DNA of 64,000 nt from Bdellovibrionales bacterium (GCA_038247245.1 JBBRVE010000005.1:737-64736); one strand, 5' to 3'; shown: positions 36,417-47,500, counted from the stretch's first letter. The notes: generated by a model not told the origin, from the sequence alone. Numbers and translations: made by a program.

Positions 36417-38360
36417 TTAGGCCGTCGTGCCCTGCATCGGCGTATCAATCGTCACCCATTTTTGCGCGCGGGTCTGGAAGCTGATTCCGCCTTCCATTTC
36501 GGCCTGCTTCAACCCCTTAGTAAAGCTCCCCATCAATTCGCGGCGCATGGATTCCGGCAGGGCATCGGCGCTGCGCAGGATCAGATCAAATGTTTTCTTG
36601 CGCAGCAACCCGTCCAGCTGCATATCGCCCATGCGCGAGAGGTGCAAGTTCAGGATAAAGCGCGTGGGCGCGGCAGCGCGCGCATCGCCGTCTTTTTCGG
36701 GCGTGTCGTCCTGGTTCTGGCGGCGGATATAGAATTGCATCTGGCCGATTTCGCCGTCATGCATCATCGGCATCGAAATCGCGCGCCATTCGCCGGATAA
36801 AGGTTCTTTCGACTGCGCTGAAATCTTGCCGAAATCGCCGGTCAGGCGGTCGGCGAGCGATGATTTGCCCGCCTGCCGCAGCGATTGCAGCGTGCCCTCG
36901 CCCAGCCAGCTTTCAACCGCGCCGCTGCGCAGTGCCGCAAGGAAAAACAGCGCGGTCGGCACAAGGCGGGGCGTGGGCGACGGAATGCTGTCCTTAATCG
37001 CCTGCGCATTCGGCATTGCGCCAAGTGCCGCCAAGGCATCCATCGTTTCCTGCAGCGCAGGCCAAGTGGTGCTCCAGAGCGGCGTGAAACCGGACGGTGC
37101 GGCGGTTTGGCGCAACGCATCCATCTGGAAGCTGGTCATGACCTGTTGCGGCGTCATGGGCGTTGATTCAAACACGACCTGCGTGCCGATGGGCAGCGAT
37201 GCGGGCATACGCAGCAGGAAACTCTGCCCGCCGGCGCGGATGGACGGTTGGCCGTTGGTCGTGACGAATTCAACCTCGCCCAGTATCTGCCCCTGTTGCG
37301 GCAGGGGCGGCGCTTCGCCCAGCGGCGTAACACTGACAATGCGCAGCTGGCTCATGCTCGGGATCAACCCCTGCAATCCCTGCGGCATATCTGTTTTCTG
37401 CCCGCCCGCCATGCGCGGCATGATGCCGCCGGGGCCGGGATTGGCATTTTGAAGGCTTTCAATCAGCGGCAGCAATCCTTTCAACGCGCCAACGCCGGTC
37501 GGCGGCGGCGCATTGCCCGTGCCCTTGCCAGCCGGAACGGGCAGGGGTGGCATGTCGGTTTCGGCTGCGGGTATACCGGATGGCGCATTTTGTGGCAGCG
37601 GTGTTTGCGTTTGTGCCTGCGCAGGTGCCTGTGTTTGCGTTGGCAGGGGTACGGGCGGCAGTTGTATCATCTGCGAAAGTTTCGCGGCAACCTCCGGCTT
37701 CGCCAGGTAATTCAAAATTGCCTGCTGTTGTTCCGGCGGCAGTTTTTGCAAGGCGGCGAGTTTATCGGGCGCTGCCGCCAGTTGCAGGATAACCTCGTCC
37801 GGCACAGGCAGAGGTTTTGGCAACTGGCGCAGCATATCAGGCGTCAGGCGTTCCAGCACCTGCGCGGCGCGTTGAAGCGGGATATCGGATTCCTGCGCTG
37901 GCTGCGGGTTGACGGCCTCGTCTCTCATGACAAGAGCGGTTACGACATCGCCCGGCTTCAATGGTGGCGCGGGCGGCAATTTGGGCGCTGGCGGTAATAT
38001 CTGTTCGGCACTTTCGGCGGCCTTAGCCTTCTCGCGCAGCAGCGTGATCTGCGCCATCAAACCGATATTTTTGCCGCGCGTGAGTTCGAGCATCACCGTG
38101 GCATCTTTGGGGATCGGCTTGTCGCTGTTAACGACAATCTCGCCGCGTGATGTGGCGATGCGGGTTTCTCCGGTCTCGCGGTTTTGCGATACCACGCGGC
38201 CTTCCAGTTTAAGGGGCGTGCGCTCAGCGGAGATATCGGCGGGGGATTGCCTGACGGGCGCGGCTTCGTCCAATAAACGCTGCGTACCCTGGGGCTTGGC
38301 AGCCGTCGCGGCGGCCAGCACGTTGGAGGGCGGCTTGGGCGGGATGGATGAATCGCTCAT
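36417..38360 (-). CDS. Pro-rich flagellar-associated hypothetical protein with FliK-like C-terminal segment
   Basis: 647-aa Pro/Gln-rich ORF downstream of flhG; C-terminal TRFILNLHLSRMGDMQLDG. Confidence 0.7.
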   Translation of the reverse strand: MSDSSIPPKPPSNVLAAATAAKPQGTQRLLDEAAPVRQSPADISAERTPLKLEGRVVSQNRETGETRIATSRGEIVVNSDKPIPKDATVMLELTRGKNIGLMAQITLLREKAKAAESAEQILPPAPKLPPAPPLKPGDVVTALVMRDEAVNPQPAQESDIPLQRAAQVLERLTPDMLRQLPKPLPVPDEVILQLAAAPDKLAALQKLPPEQQQAILNYLAKPEVAAKLSQMIQLPPVPLPTQTQAPAQAQTQTPLPQNAPSGIPAAETDMPPLPVPAGKGTGNAPPPTGVGALKGLLPLIESLQNANPGPGGIMPRMAGGQKTDMPQGLQGLIPSMSQLRIVSVTPLGEAPPLPQQGQILGEVEFVTTNGQPSIRAGGQSFLLRMPASLPIGTQVVFESTPMTPQQVMTSFQMDALRQTAAPSGFTPLWSTTWPALQETMDALAALGAMPNAQAIKDSIPSPTPRLVPTALFFLAALRSGAVESWLGEGTLQSLRQAGKSSLADRLTGDFGKISAQSKEPLSGEWRAISMPMMHDGEIGQMQFYIRRQNQDDTPEKDGDARAAAPTRFILNLHLSRMGDMQLDGLLRKKTFDLILRSADALPESMRRELMGSFTKGLKQAEMEGGISFQTRAQKWVTIDTPMQGTTA

Positions 38361-38377
38361 GTCCCCGCGCTCCGATG

Positions 38378-39178
38378 CTAGACGAGGATTTCGGCGACCA
38401 CGCGGTCGGCGATTTTTTCAAGGTCCTGTGCGGTCTCGGTATTGGGCGACCGGATAAGGAACGGTGTTTGCGCGCGGATGGCATCGCGCACACGTTTATC
38501 CTGCCGGATAATGCCCATCAGCGGCGGCGAGAGTTTCAGGAAGTTCTTGGCGGCCTTCAGGATCGTGCCGTAAGTGCCTTCGCCTTCTTTTTCGCTGCCC
38601 GTCTGGTTGACGATAATTTTCAGGTTATCGCCATGCCCTGCGGCATGGCTGAGTTTAATAAACGCATAGGCATCAGTCAGCGCGGTCGGTTCATCCGTTG
38701 TGATGACAAAGGTCACATCGGCGGCAGCCGCCATGAAACGCACGGTGCGGTCGATGCCCGCGCCAAGGTCGATGATGATGGCATCGTATTTCGGCAGCAG
38801 TCCGCGGATCTGTTCCATCAATTCCTGCAAACGCGGCAATGCCATGGCGGAAAGCGAGCCGTGGCCGGAACGTCCCGCAATCACGTCAAATCCGCCTTCT
38901 TCATACGGCGTGATGACTTGCGCAAGGGTCAGGTTGCCCTCGATCACGTCATTCAGGTCGCGTTTTGCCATCAATCCCAACTGGACGTCGATATTGGCGA
39001 GGCCCAGATCGCCGTCGAACAGCAAAACCTTTTTCCCGCGCTGTGTCAGGGCGTGGCAGAGCGTGATGGAAAACCATGTCTTGCCGACGCCGCCCTTGCC
39101 GGATGCAACAGCAAAAAGTTTTTGCGCGGGCGCCTCGCCAGTGGTGTTCGTTGGCGGCTGTTTTGTTTTTGTGGTCAT
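38378..39178 (-). CDS. flhG: MinD/ParA-family flagellar number regulator FlhG/FleN
   Basis: ASGKGGVGKT, DGDLGLANID, IDLGAGI, EPTALTDAYA.IK. Confidence 0.85.
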   Translation of the reverse strand: MTTKTKQPPTNTTGEAPAQKLFAVASGKGGVGKTWFSITLCHALTQRGKKVLLFDGDLGLANIDVQLGLMAKRDLNDVIEGNLTLAQVITPYEEGGFDVIAGRSGHGSLSAMALPRLQELMEQIRGLLPKYDAIIIDLGAGIDRTVRFMAAAADVTFVITTDEPTALTDAYAFIKLSHAAGHGDNLKIIVNQTGSEKEGEGTYGTILKAAKNFLKLSPPLMGIIRQDKRVRDAIRAQTPFLIRSPNTETAQDLEKIADRVVAEILV

Positions 39179-40161
39179 GACTTGCCTTTCTTCGCCTTGC
39201 CCGATGCGGGAACATGCGGCATCAGGAAATCCGCGAGTGTGTCGGGGGTCAGCGTGATAATGCCATTGGCAACCTGTGGCGTATGGCTGGCCGCGCCGAA
39301 AACGAGGCCGCCCTTGTCCGCCGCGCTTAAAATGCCGCCGATACGACGCGCGAAATCAAGGCGCGTGGGGATCAGGCGGCGCACCCCGATAATGTCGAAC
39401 GTCATCGCCATTTCGGCGCTTTCCTCCGCATCGAACCCTGCGGGCAGCACCAGTGCGGCGTCCATATCGGCAACGCCCATCAGTTTCAGCAGCGTTTTCA
39501 TTTCGGCGGGGTCGAACGGGTTCAGCCCGCCGGTATCGATGATGATCGGCGATGCGTTCTTGATCTTCGCGAGTGCGGCGGCCAGCGTTTTCGCATCTTC
39601 CGCCTGATACAGCGGCAGTTTCATGATATCGAGGAAGGCGGACAGCTGCTCGATGCCGCCCGCGCGCGCGATATCGGTCGTGATAATGGCGGGTTTCTGG
39701 CCGCTCATGACGGCGGCGGCCGCCATCTTGGCCGTCATCAGCGTCTTGCCCGCACCCGGCGGGCCGACGAGGATCAGCGGCTTGGGCGTTTTTTTGGCGG
39801 GCGTATCGAATTTGAAAATCTTGCCCAGCGCACCCGCCAGCATCTTCTTCGGCTCACGCGCTGGCAGCACCATGGCGGCGGCGACGATTTTTTCGCTGAC
39901 ATTGCCCGGCACGCGGTGCTTCAGCAGCGCATCGGTGATCATCTCGATCATTTCTTCTTCGTCATAGGGCTGCGGGTCGCGCAGCGTGCCGGCTTTCGGT
40001 TTTTGCGCGACCGGCAATTCATCCTGTTCGACCGCCGCGGTCACGCGGATCCAGCCGCCGGCTTCCTTGGTGCTCACGATGATGGCGTCGTCGCCCAATG
40101 CTTCCTTGATCTGGCGCATGGCGTCGGTCATCGTTTTTGCTTCGAATGATTTAAGGCGCAT
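39175..40161 (-). CDS. flhF: flagellar SRP-type GTPase FlhF (compact)
   Basis: MRLKSFEAKTM..AM.QI.EALG.DAIIVST; GPPGAGKT...K.AA, IIIDTGG, TRLD. Confidence 0.85.
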   Translation of the reverse strand: MRLKSFEAKTMTDAMRQIKEALGDDAIIVSTKEAGGWIRVTAAVEQDELPVAQKPKAGTLRDPQPYDEEEMIEMITDALLKHRVPGNVSEKIVAAAMVLPAREPKKMLAGALGKIFKFDTPAKKTPKPLILVGPPGAGKTLMTAKMAAAAVMSGQKPAIITTDIARAGGIEQLSAFLDIMKLPLYQAEDAKTLAAALAKIKNASPIIIDTGGLNPFDPAEMKTLLKLMGVADMDAALVLPAGFDAEESAEMAMTFDIIGVRRLIPTRLDFARRIGGILSAADKGGLVFGAASHTPQVANGIITLTPDTLADFLMPHVPASGKAKKGKS

Positions 40162-40170
40162 GTGCTGCTA

Positions 40171-42255
40171 TCACGTTATTTGTGCGAAAGTGCGGATTTT
40201 CGCACGCGGGTGGATTTCGTTTTGCGACATCACGATCGTCTGCGGGCGGAACCGTTCGATGATCGAGCGCACATAGGGGCGGATGCCGGGGCTGGTCAGC
40301 AGGACGGGGCTTTCACCCTTCATCGCCATGTCTTCATATACCGTGCGCACGGACTGGATGAATTGCTGCAGGCGCGACGGCGCCATGGCGAGCTGTTTTT
40401 CCTCGCCCTGGCCGACTAGCGCCTCGGCAAAGGCCTGTTCCCATTCGCCGGAGAGCGTGACGAGCGGCAGGATGCCCGCATTGTTGCTGTTCTGGTCGCA
40501 GATCTGGCGGGCAAGGCGCGCGCGCACATGTTCGGTGATCATGGTGACGTTGCTGGTAAATCCCGTCGCCTCCGCCACGCCTTCCAGAATGGTGGGCAGG
40601 TCGCGGATAGAGATGCGCTCGGAGACGAGGTTCTGCAGCACGCGCTGCAGTCCGGTCACGGTAATCTTGGTCGGCAGGACGTCGGCCACCAGCTTCTGGT
40701 GCGCCTTGGGCAGTTCATCCAGCAGCTTTTGCGTTTCGGCATAGGACAGCAGGTCGGGCATGTTGTCCTTGATGACTTCGGTGATATGCGTCGTGACGAC
40801 CGTTGCTGGATCGACCACGGTATAGCCGCGGAAATGCGCTTCTTCGCGGTAATCGGGGCTGATCCACATGGCGGGCAGGCCAAAGGTCGGTTCGCGCGTG
40901 ACTTCGCCCGGCAATTCGATTTTATCGCCCGTCGGGTTCATGCACAGCAGCATGTCGGGGCGGATATCGCCCTTGCCGGCCTCGATTTCCTTGATGCGCA
41001 CGACATAGGAATTGGCGGCCAGTTGCAGGTTATCCTGAATGCGGACGGAGGGCAGGATAAAGCCCATGTCTTCCGCCAGCTGGCGGCGCAGGCCCTTGAT
41101 CTGGTCGGTCAGGCGGCCCTTTTCGGGGTTATTGACGAGTGGCAGCAGGCCATAGCCCAGTTCCACGCGGATGTTATCAATCGCCAATGCCTTGGAAATC
41201 GGTTCTTCCGCCACCGGCACTTTGGCAATCGCGGCCTGTTCTTCGGTCGCCTTGGTCGATGCGGTTTTTTTGCGGGTTTCGATGGTGTTATACGCGAAGA
41301 TGCCCGCCGTTCCCGCCATGATAAGGAAGGGGAGCGCGGGAATGCCGGGTATGACGGCCAGCACGGCCATCAGCACGGCGCTCATGATCAACGCCTGCGG
41401 GTAATTGCTCAGCTGCGCAAAGACGGCTTTTTCGGCCGAGCCGGAAACGCCCGCTTTTGATACCAGCATACCCGATGCGATGGAAACGATCAGCGCGGGG
41501 ATCTGGGTGACAAGGCCGTCACCGATGGTCAGGTGGGTGTAGAAATGCGACGCGTCGTCAAAGCTCAGGTCTTTTTGCACCATGCCGATGACGATGCCGG
41601 CGACCACGTTGATGAACACGATCAGGATGCCGGCGATGGCGTCGCCGCGCACGAATTTCGCCGCACCGTCCATGGCGCCGAAGAAGGTGCTTTCCTGCTC
41701 CAGCTGCGATCTGCGGAAACGGGCTTCTTTTTCGTCGATCATGCCGGCGGAAAGGTCGGCGTCGATCGCCATTTGCTTGCCGGGCATGGCGTCCAGACTG
41801 AAACGCGCCGCGACTTCGGCGATGCGGCCCGCGCCCTTGGTGATGACGACGAAGTTGACGATGGTCAAAATCGCGAAAACGATGATACCGATGACGAAGT
41901 TATCGCCCATGACGAAACTGCCGAAGGCCTCGATCACATGTCCGGCGGCGGAATTACCCTCGTGCCCATGCGCCAGAATGAGCCGCGTCGAGGCAAGGTT
42001 CAGCGCAAGCCGTATCATGGTCGCGACCAAAAGGATGGTCGGGAATGACGACAATTCCAGCGGTTTTTCGATAAACAGCACCGTCATCAGGATCAGGACG
42101 GAGAAGGTGAGCGACAGCGCGAGCGCGGCATCAAGCAGCCAGGGCGGCATCGGCAGGATCAGCACGACCAGGATCGCGATAATGCCAAAGGCGAAAATCA
42201 CATCGCTGCGGATGCGGAAATTAGAGCCGAAACTGGATGCGCCTGCTTCAGCCAT
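40171..42255 (-). CDS. flhA: flagellar export gate protein FlhA
   Basis: FVVITKGAGRIAEVAARFSLDAMPGKQMAIDADL, FFGAMDGA.KFVRGDAIAG. Confidence 0.96.
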   Translation of the reverse strand: MAEAGASSFGSNFRIRSDVIFAFGIIAILVVLILPMPPWLLDAALALSLTFSVLILMTVLFIEKPLELSSFPTILLVATMIRLALNLASTRLILAHGHEGNSAAGHVIEAFGSFVMGDNFVIGIIVFAILTIVNFVVITKGAGRIAEVAARFSLDAMPGKQMAIDADLSAGMIDEKEARFRRSQLEQESTFFGAMDGAAKFVRGDAIAGILIVFINVVAGIVIGMVQKDLSFDDASHFYTHLTIGDGLVTQIPALIVSIASGMLVSKAGVSGSAEKAVFAQLSNYPQALIMSAVLMAVLAVIPGIPALPFLIMAGTAGIFAYNTIETRKKTASTKATEEQAAIAKVPVAEEPISKALAIDNIRVELGYGLLPLVNNPEKGRLTDQIKGLRRQLAEDMGFILPSVRIQDNLQLAANSYVVRIKEIEAGKGDIRPDMLLCMNPTGDKIELPGEVTREPTFGLPAMWISPDYREEAHFRGYTVVDPATVVTTHITEVIKDNMPDLLSYAETQKLLDELPKAHQKLVADVLPTKITVTGLQRVLQNLVSERISIRDLPTILEGVAEATGFTSNVTMITEHVRARLARQICDQNSNNAGILPLVTLSGEWEQAFAEALVGQGEEKQLAMAPSRLQQFIQSVRTVYEDMAMKGESPVLLTSPGIRPYVRSIIERFRPQTIVMSQNEIHPRAKIRTFAQIT

Positions 42256-42258
42256 CTA

Positions 42259-43623
42259 TTATTTCCCGCCTTCCGCGACCGACAGGCCGGGATCGCCGTA
42301 TTCCTTCAGCTTGTTCCGCAGCGTGCGGATGGAAATGCCGAGGATATTGGCGGCATGTGTGCGGTTGCCCAAGCAATGGTCGAGCGTGTTCAGGATAAGC
42401 TCGCGTTCCACATCGGCGACGGTGCGGCCGACAAGCGCGGGCTGGTCGCTGCCTGCGGCGGGTGCGGCGGCTTTTTCGACGGCCTTGGCGGCGGCAGCGG
42501 CGGCTTGCGCGACGCTGGCGGCTTTTTGCCCGGCCAGCATGATGGAGGTCGGTTCAATCTCCGCCTCCTGCGACACAAGGATGGCGCGGTGCATGGTGTT
42601 TTCAAGTTCGCGCACGTTGCCCTGCCAGTGGTGCGCGCGCAGTTTTTCGGTGGCGGCGGGCGACAGGCGCTTGTTCGGGATGCCGTTCTGCTCGCTGTAT
42701 TTCGCGGCGAACATGGCAGCCAGCGGCACGATATCGGCCGGACGTTCGCGCAGGGCGGGCAGTTGCAGGTTGATGACGTTGAGGCGGAAATAAAGGTCTT
42801 CGCGGAATTTGCCTTCGCTGACGGCCTGTTCCATGTCGCGGTTGGATGTGGCGATCAGGCGGATGTCGATTTTCACGGGCGCGTTGCCGCCCACGCGGTC
42901 GATCACGCGCTCCTGAATGGCGCGCAACAGTTTTGCCTGCAGCGACGGGTGCATCTCGCTCACTTCGTCGAGCAGCAGCGTGCCGCCGTTCGCTTCCTCG
43001 AATTTCCCCGTGCGGCGGGCGACTGCGCCGGTGAAGGAGCCTTTTTCATGCCCGAACAGTTCGGATTCCAGCAGGCTTTCGGGAATGGCGGCGCAGTTGA
43101 TGGAGATGAACGGGCCGTTATGGCGCTTGCTCTTCTGGTGGATGTAGCGCGACATCACCTCTTTGCCCGTGCCGGATTCGCCGGTGATGAGGATCGTGGC
43201 ATCCGACGGCGCGACGCGGTCGGCGACCTGCAAAATCGCCTTCATACTGGCATCGCCCGCAATCATGGCGTTGCTTTCTTCCGTCACGGCCTGCAGCACG
43301 GCGGCGATCAGCTCGGCATTCGGGGGCAGGGGAATGTATTCCTTGGCTCCCGCCTTGATCGCGCGCACGGCGGTTGCGGCGTCGGTGTTGATGCCGCAGG
43401 CGACGACGGGCACGACGAAGCGTTCTTCCTTCAGCTGCACGATGAAGCCCGCGATATCCTGCTTCACATCGATCATGATGAGGTCCGCGCCGCGGCCGGA
43501 ACGTAAGGCACCGAGCGCCTGTTCGGCGTCTTCGGTATGCGTAACCTTGGCCCCGCGGCTGATGGCGATTTTGCCAGCCGTGCTGATTTGGCCGTTGAGG
43601 CTGCCGACGATCATCAGGCGCAT
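42259..43623 (-). CDS. flbD: sigma54-dependent flagellar activator FlbD
   Basis: MRLMIVG.L.GQ...A atypical REC; GESGTGKE, GSFTGA, GNVRELEN; GNRTHAANILGISIRTLRNKL HTH; located between fliN and flhA. Confidence 0.9.
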   Translation of the reverse strand: MRLMIVGSLNGQISTAGKIAISRGAKVTHTEDAEQALGALRSGRGADLIMIDVKQDIAGFIVQLKEERFVVPVVACGINTDAATAVRAIKAGAKEYIPLPPNAELIAAVLQAVTEESNAMIAGDASMKAILQVADRVAPSDATILITGESGTGKEVMSRYIHQKSKRHNGPFISINCAAIPESLLESELFGHEKGSFTGAVARRTGKFEEANGGTLLLDEVSEMHPSLQAKLLRAIQERVIDRVGGNAPVKIDIRLIATSNRDMEQAVSEGKFREDLYFRLNVINLQLPALRERPADIVPLAAMFAAKYSEQNGIPNKRLSPAATEKLRAHHWQGNVRELENTMHRAILVSQEAEIEPTSIMLAGQKAASVAQAAAAAAKAVEKAAAPAAGSDQPALVGRTVADVERELILNTLDHCLGNRTHAANILGISIRTLRNKLKEYGDPGLSVAEGGK

Positions 43624-43657
43624 CTAAGGATTATCCCGTCTATCGATAAAGGTAGTG

Positions 43658-43981
43658 TTACTGGGATGAGCGGTCGGATTTGACGATCTCGGTCATCGTG
43701 ACGCCAAGACGGTCTTCGACCACGATCACTTCGCCGCGGGCGACCAGGCGGTTGTTGACGTAGATGTCAATCGCCTCGCCGACCTTGCGGTCCAGTTCCA
43801 CGACCGCGCCGCGGCCGAGTTTCAGCAGCTGGCTGACCTGCATGGTCGATTTGCCAAGGACTGCGGAAATCTGGACGGGAATGTCGTAGATGGCGTCGAT
43901 GTCTTTTTTGCGGACTTCGGTCGTCACATGCTCTTCCAGGTCTTCGAATTCAACCTGCGGCTTGTTCGGTTCGTTGGCCAT
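43658..43981 (-). CDS. fliN: flagellar motor switch protein FliN
   Basis: DIPVQISAVLG, LLKLGRGAVVELDRKVGEAIDIYVNNRLVARGEV. Confidence 0.94.
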   Translation of the reverse strand: MANEPNKPQVEFEDLEEHVTTEVRKKDIDAIYDIPVQISAVLGKSTMQVSQLLKLGRGAVVELDRKVGEAIDIYVNNRLVARGEVIVVEDRLGVTMTEIVKSDRSSQ

Positions 43982-44006
43982 TTTTCTCTCCAGTTGTTAA
44001 ATCTGT

Positions 44007-44651
44007 TCAGTCTTTAATCGTCGATTGCATCCCGGCGATCGCTTTTGCGAACTCCGATTCAATTTGCGCGTAGAGGCGTTCATACAAACGCTCCGCCCCG
44101 CCATCCGCCCATTCGACGCGCACATCGGACGGGGACATGGCGTCGTCGGACAGCAGGATCAGTTTGCCGGCATATCCTTTGTCGATTGCCATTTTGTCGA
44201 TGCCGGCCTTCAGTGCGTCCATGTGCAGGGTCGGGATGGTGATGGCGATGCGCGGCTCGTCGCGGCGCGCCTCGATTGCTTCGGTAATGACGCGCTCGAT
44301 CTCGTCCATCGAATAGCGGTCGGCGAATTGGGGCAGCAGTTTATGCGTCACGCGTGCGGTCAGGCGCACGGTTGCCATCATTTTCTCAATTTCACGCTTG
44401 TCTTCGGCAAGGATGAGGCGCTCCAGCAACGTGATGATCTGGTGGAAACATTTCAGCGCGGTTTCTTCCTGCGCGGCGCGGGTTTCGCGCACGCCTTCGG
44501 CCTTGCCTGTTTGCGCGGCCTGCATCTTGGCGAGGATCAGCTGTTCTTCGGAATAGACAGCATTTTCCGGCAAGGAACTGTCCTTGTCGAAATCATTGGT
44601 GTCGAAGAGAAACTTCTTCACCTCGCCGTCATTTTTAGTAGATGAGCTCAT
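44007..44651 (-). CDS. fliH: flagellar assembly protein FliH
   Basis: [25 protein letters not shown]; between fliG and fliN; start trimmed to ATG 44651. Confidence 0.85.
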   Translation of the reverse strand: MSSSTKNDGEVKKFLFDTNDFDKDSSLPENAVYSEEQLILAKMQAAQTGKAEGVRETRAAQEETALKCFHQIITLLERLILAEDKREIEKMMATVRLTARVTHKLLPQFADRYSMDEIERVITEAIEARRDEPRIAITIPTLHMDALKAGIDKMAIDKGYAGKLILLSDDAMSPSDVRVEWADGGAERLYERLYAQIESEFAKAIAGMQSTIKD

Positions 44652-45651
44652 CTTCATCCTTCGAGGTGATAATCGCAATCTCGCCGCGGTCGGCGAGGTC
44701 TTTGGCGGTGGAGACGAGGCTTGCCTGCGCTTCCTCCACATCTTTCAGGCGCACGGGGCCCATGGCGCCCATGTCTTCCTTCATGATCTTGGCCGCGCGC
44801 TCCGACATGTTCGAGAAGAACAGGTCTTTCATGGCGTCCGACGCGCCCTTCAGCGCAAGCGGCAGCATTTCCTTGTTCGCGGAGCGGATAACGGTCTGGA
44901 TCGCCGACGGGTCGAGGCGGCCGAGGTCTTCGAAGGTGAACATCAGGCTGCGGATTTTCTCGGCGGCGTCGGGGTTGCGCTCTTCCAAATTCGTCATGAA
45001 TTTGGTTTCGGTCGCGCGTTCCAGATTGTTGAAAATTTCGGCCATGATCTCGTGGCTGTCGCGGCGGCTGGTTTTCGCGAGGTTCATCATGAATTCGGTG
45101 CGGAGCGTTTTTTCGACGTCGTCCAATACTTCCTTCTGCACCGCTTCCATGCGGAGCATCCGCATCACGACCTCCATCGCGAAGCCTTCGGGCAGCAGGG
45201 CGAGGGTGCGGGCCGAATGTTCGGCGGTGATTTTCGACAGCACGACGGCGACGGTCTGCGGGTATTCCTTTTGCAGGAAGTTCGCAAGGATGTCTTCGTT
45301 CACGTTGGAGAGCTTTTCCCACATGGTGCGGCCGGCGGGGCCGCGGATCTCTTCCATGATATTGTCGACTTTATCCTTGCCCAATACCTTTTGGAGCAGG
45401 CGTTCGGTTGAATCGAGCGAGCCGACGAGGGAAGAGGTGGAGGTGATGCTTTCCGCGAATTCGATGAACAAGCGCTCGATGACGCCCGCGCTGACCTTGC
45501 CAAGGTTCGACATGGTTTGCGACAGCTGGAGGATTTCTTCCTCGTCCAGCGCCTCGAACACCTTGGATGTGTATTCCTCGCCCAGCGACAATAGCAGGAT
45601 CGAGGCCTTCTCGGCCCCGGTCAGCGTGCGATAATCTTCACGTACGCGCAT
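44635..45651 (-). CDS. fliG: flagellar motor switch protein FliG
   Basis: [55 protein letters not shown]. Confidence 0.95.
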   Translation of the reverse strand: MRVREDYRTLTGAEKASILLLSLGEEYTSKVFEALDEEEILQLSQTMSNLGKVSAGVIERLFIEFAESITSTSSLVGSLDSTERLLQKVLGKDKVDNIMEEIRGPAGRTMWEKLSNVNEDILANFLQKEYPQTVAVVLSKITAEHSARTLALLPEGFAMEVVMRMLRMEAVQKEVLDDVEKTLRTEFMMNLAKTSRRDSHEIMAEIFNNLERATETKFMTNLEERNPDAAEKIRSLMFTFEDLGRLDPSAIQTVIRSANKEMLPLALKGASDAMKDLFFSNMSERAAKIMKEDMGAMGPVRLKDVEEAQASLVSTAKDLADRGEIAIITSKDEDELIY

Positions 45652-45687
45652 TTAACTCTCCCCAAGCCTCAATCCGAATTCCCGGTC

Positions 45688-47382
45688 TTAATTTTCCTGC
45701 GACATCCACTGGCGAATGACCGAAACGGTTTCATTCGGGTGGTTCGTCACGAGGTCGGAAATTTTCTGCACCGAAGATGCCTTGACCTTGCCTTCGACCG
45801 ACGACATGTCGATCATCGATTCAAGCTCCGATGGGCCGCTGATCATGCCGCCGCCGCCGGGACCGGACAATTGCGCCTGTTGCGGCCCACCGGCCAGCTG
45901 GGGCGCATCACCGGCTTCACCCGGCGCCCGCGGCTGGCGTGCCGCCGCCGCGAAATGCATGGCCAGAGGGCGCAGCACCAACAGGATTACGAGGATGGCC
46001 ACGAGGCTGAGCGCCATTGTTTCCGCCATGCCCAGCAGATCCGATTTCGGGAAGCCGAAAATGGTGTCGTTCGCGACGGGAGTCGCGTCGAACAGTTCGC
46101 TTTGCGCGAACTGCATGTTCACGACTTCGACCGTGTCGCCACGGCTTTCGTCGTAGCCGACCGCCGATTTCACGAGCGCCGCGATCTTGGTCAGTTCATC
46201 GCCCGAGCGGGGCGTGTATTTCATGGGCGCGGCCCAGTCGGCGGGCGCATCCTTCGGTTTCTGCGCGGCAGTGTCGGCGGCATAGCTGCCATCGACGAGG
46301 ACCGAGATAGAAATTTTTTCAATCTCGCCGCCCTCGCGCACCATGGTTTCCACCGTCTTGGTGATTTCGTAGTTGGTGGTTTCTTCGGTGCGGTTGTTTT
46401 TAGATCCGGCTTGCGCGGCATCTGCGCCCGGCAGGCCGGGCAGGTTGTTGGCAACCGTTACAGCGCCATTGCCGTTGGATGAGGCGGAGCTGTCCGAGTT
46501 TTCTTCGGTAACGCTTTGCGTAGAGCGCACGACCTGACCGTCGGGGTTATAGCTTTCGGAATTGCGGTTCACCACATCGAAATTCATTTTTGCGGTGACG
46601 GCGGCGCGTACCTTGTCGAAACCGACGATGCGGCCCACGATATCCTCGATCGAGGCCTTGGTGCGGGTTTCATAGCTTTTGCGCATGTCATCCGCATTGC
46701 GGCTCATGCTGTCGCGGCCCTGTTCGTCTTCGGCGCGCGCCAGCACGTTGCCGCTCTGGTCAACAACGGCAACGGAACCGGGTTTCAATTGCGGCACGGC
46801 GGCCGCCACCAGCTGGCGGATCGCCATGATCTGTTCATTGCCGATATTGCCAGCGCTGCGCAGGTTGACGAAAACGGAAGCGGAGGCGGGCTGGCGGTCG
46901 CGGCTGAACAGCTCGCGCTGCGGCAGCACCAGCATTACGCGGGCGGAGCGCACCTGATCCATCGTGCCGATGGTGCGGGCAAGTTCACCCTCCAGCGCGC
47001 GCTTGGCGGTGTTGTTCTGCTCGAAGCTGGTTTTGCCGAAGGTCTGTTTCTGGTCGAACAGTTCGTTGCCCATCGCGCCTTTGCGGGGCAGGCCTTCAGC
47101 GGCCAGCAACATGCGGGCCTTGGCGATGTCCTTGTGCGGCACGGAAACTTTGGTGCCGTCATCGCTGAGCGCATAGGGCACGTTGGAATTATCGAGCTTG
47201 GCGGCAATCTCCGTCGCATCGGCGGTGGAGAGGTCGCTATAGAGTGGACTGAGCGACGGCGCGCTGGAGCGCACGGCGATAAAAACGAAAAAGATGATGA
47301 GCCCGAAGAACGTGACCAACATCATGATCAGCCGTCCAGGACCCAGATTTTTCAGCGATTCCAGTAACGAATCCAAAGTCAT
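45688..47382 (-). CDS. fliF: flagellar MS-ring protein FliF
   Basis: Two TM segments, RALEGELARTI, ASASV, YNPDGQVVRS, EETTNYEI, AVGYDESRGD. Confidence 0.94.
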   Translation of the reverse strand: MTLDSLLESLKNLGPGRLIMMLVTFFGLIIFFVFIAVRSSAPSLSPLYSDLSTADATEIAAKLDNSNVPYALSDDGTKVSVPHKDIAKARMLLAAEGLPRKGAMGNELFDQKQTFGKTSFEQNNTAKRALEGELARTIGTMDQVRSARVMLVLPQRELFSRDRQPASASVFVNLRSAGNIGNEQIMAIRQLVAAAVPQLKPGSVAVVDQSGNVLARAEDEQGRDSMSRNADDMRKSYETRTKASIEDIVGRIVGFDKVRAAVTAKMNFDVVNRNSESYNPDGQVVRSTQSVTEENSDSSASSNGNGAVTVANNLPGLPGADAAQAGSKNNRTEETTNYEITKTVETMVREGGEIEKISISVLVDGSYAADTAAQKPKDAPADWAAPMKYTPRSGDELTKIAALVKSAVGYDESRGDTVEVVNMQFAQSELFDATPVANDTIFGFPKSDLLGMAETMALSLVAILVILLVLRPLAMHFAAAARQPRAPGEAGDAPQLAGGPQQAQLSGPGGGGMISGPSELESMIDMSSVEGKVKASSVQKISDLVTNHPNETVSVIRQWMSQEN

Positions 47383-47469
47383 TCTCCCCTTGCTTTGACG
47401 TCACTCAAAGAAGGGAGTCCGGGCATTGATATATAATAGAAAACCCGAAACCCCACTTCTCAACAGTAA

Positions 47470-47500
47470 CCAATTTTTACCGACTAGGCAAATTTTGCCC
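47470..47500. promoter_or_regulatory. ftr-like FlbD-binding palindrome(s) upstream of fliF
   Basis: GGCAAATTTTGCC at 47487-47499 plus adjacent degenerate copy ccaatttttaccg. Confidence 0.5.
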
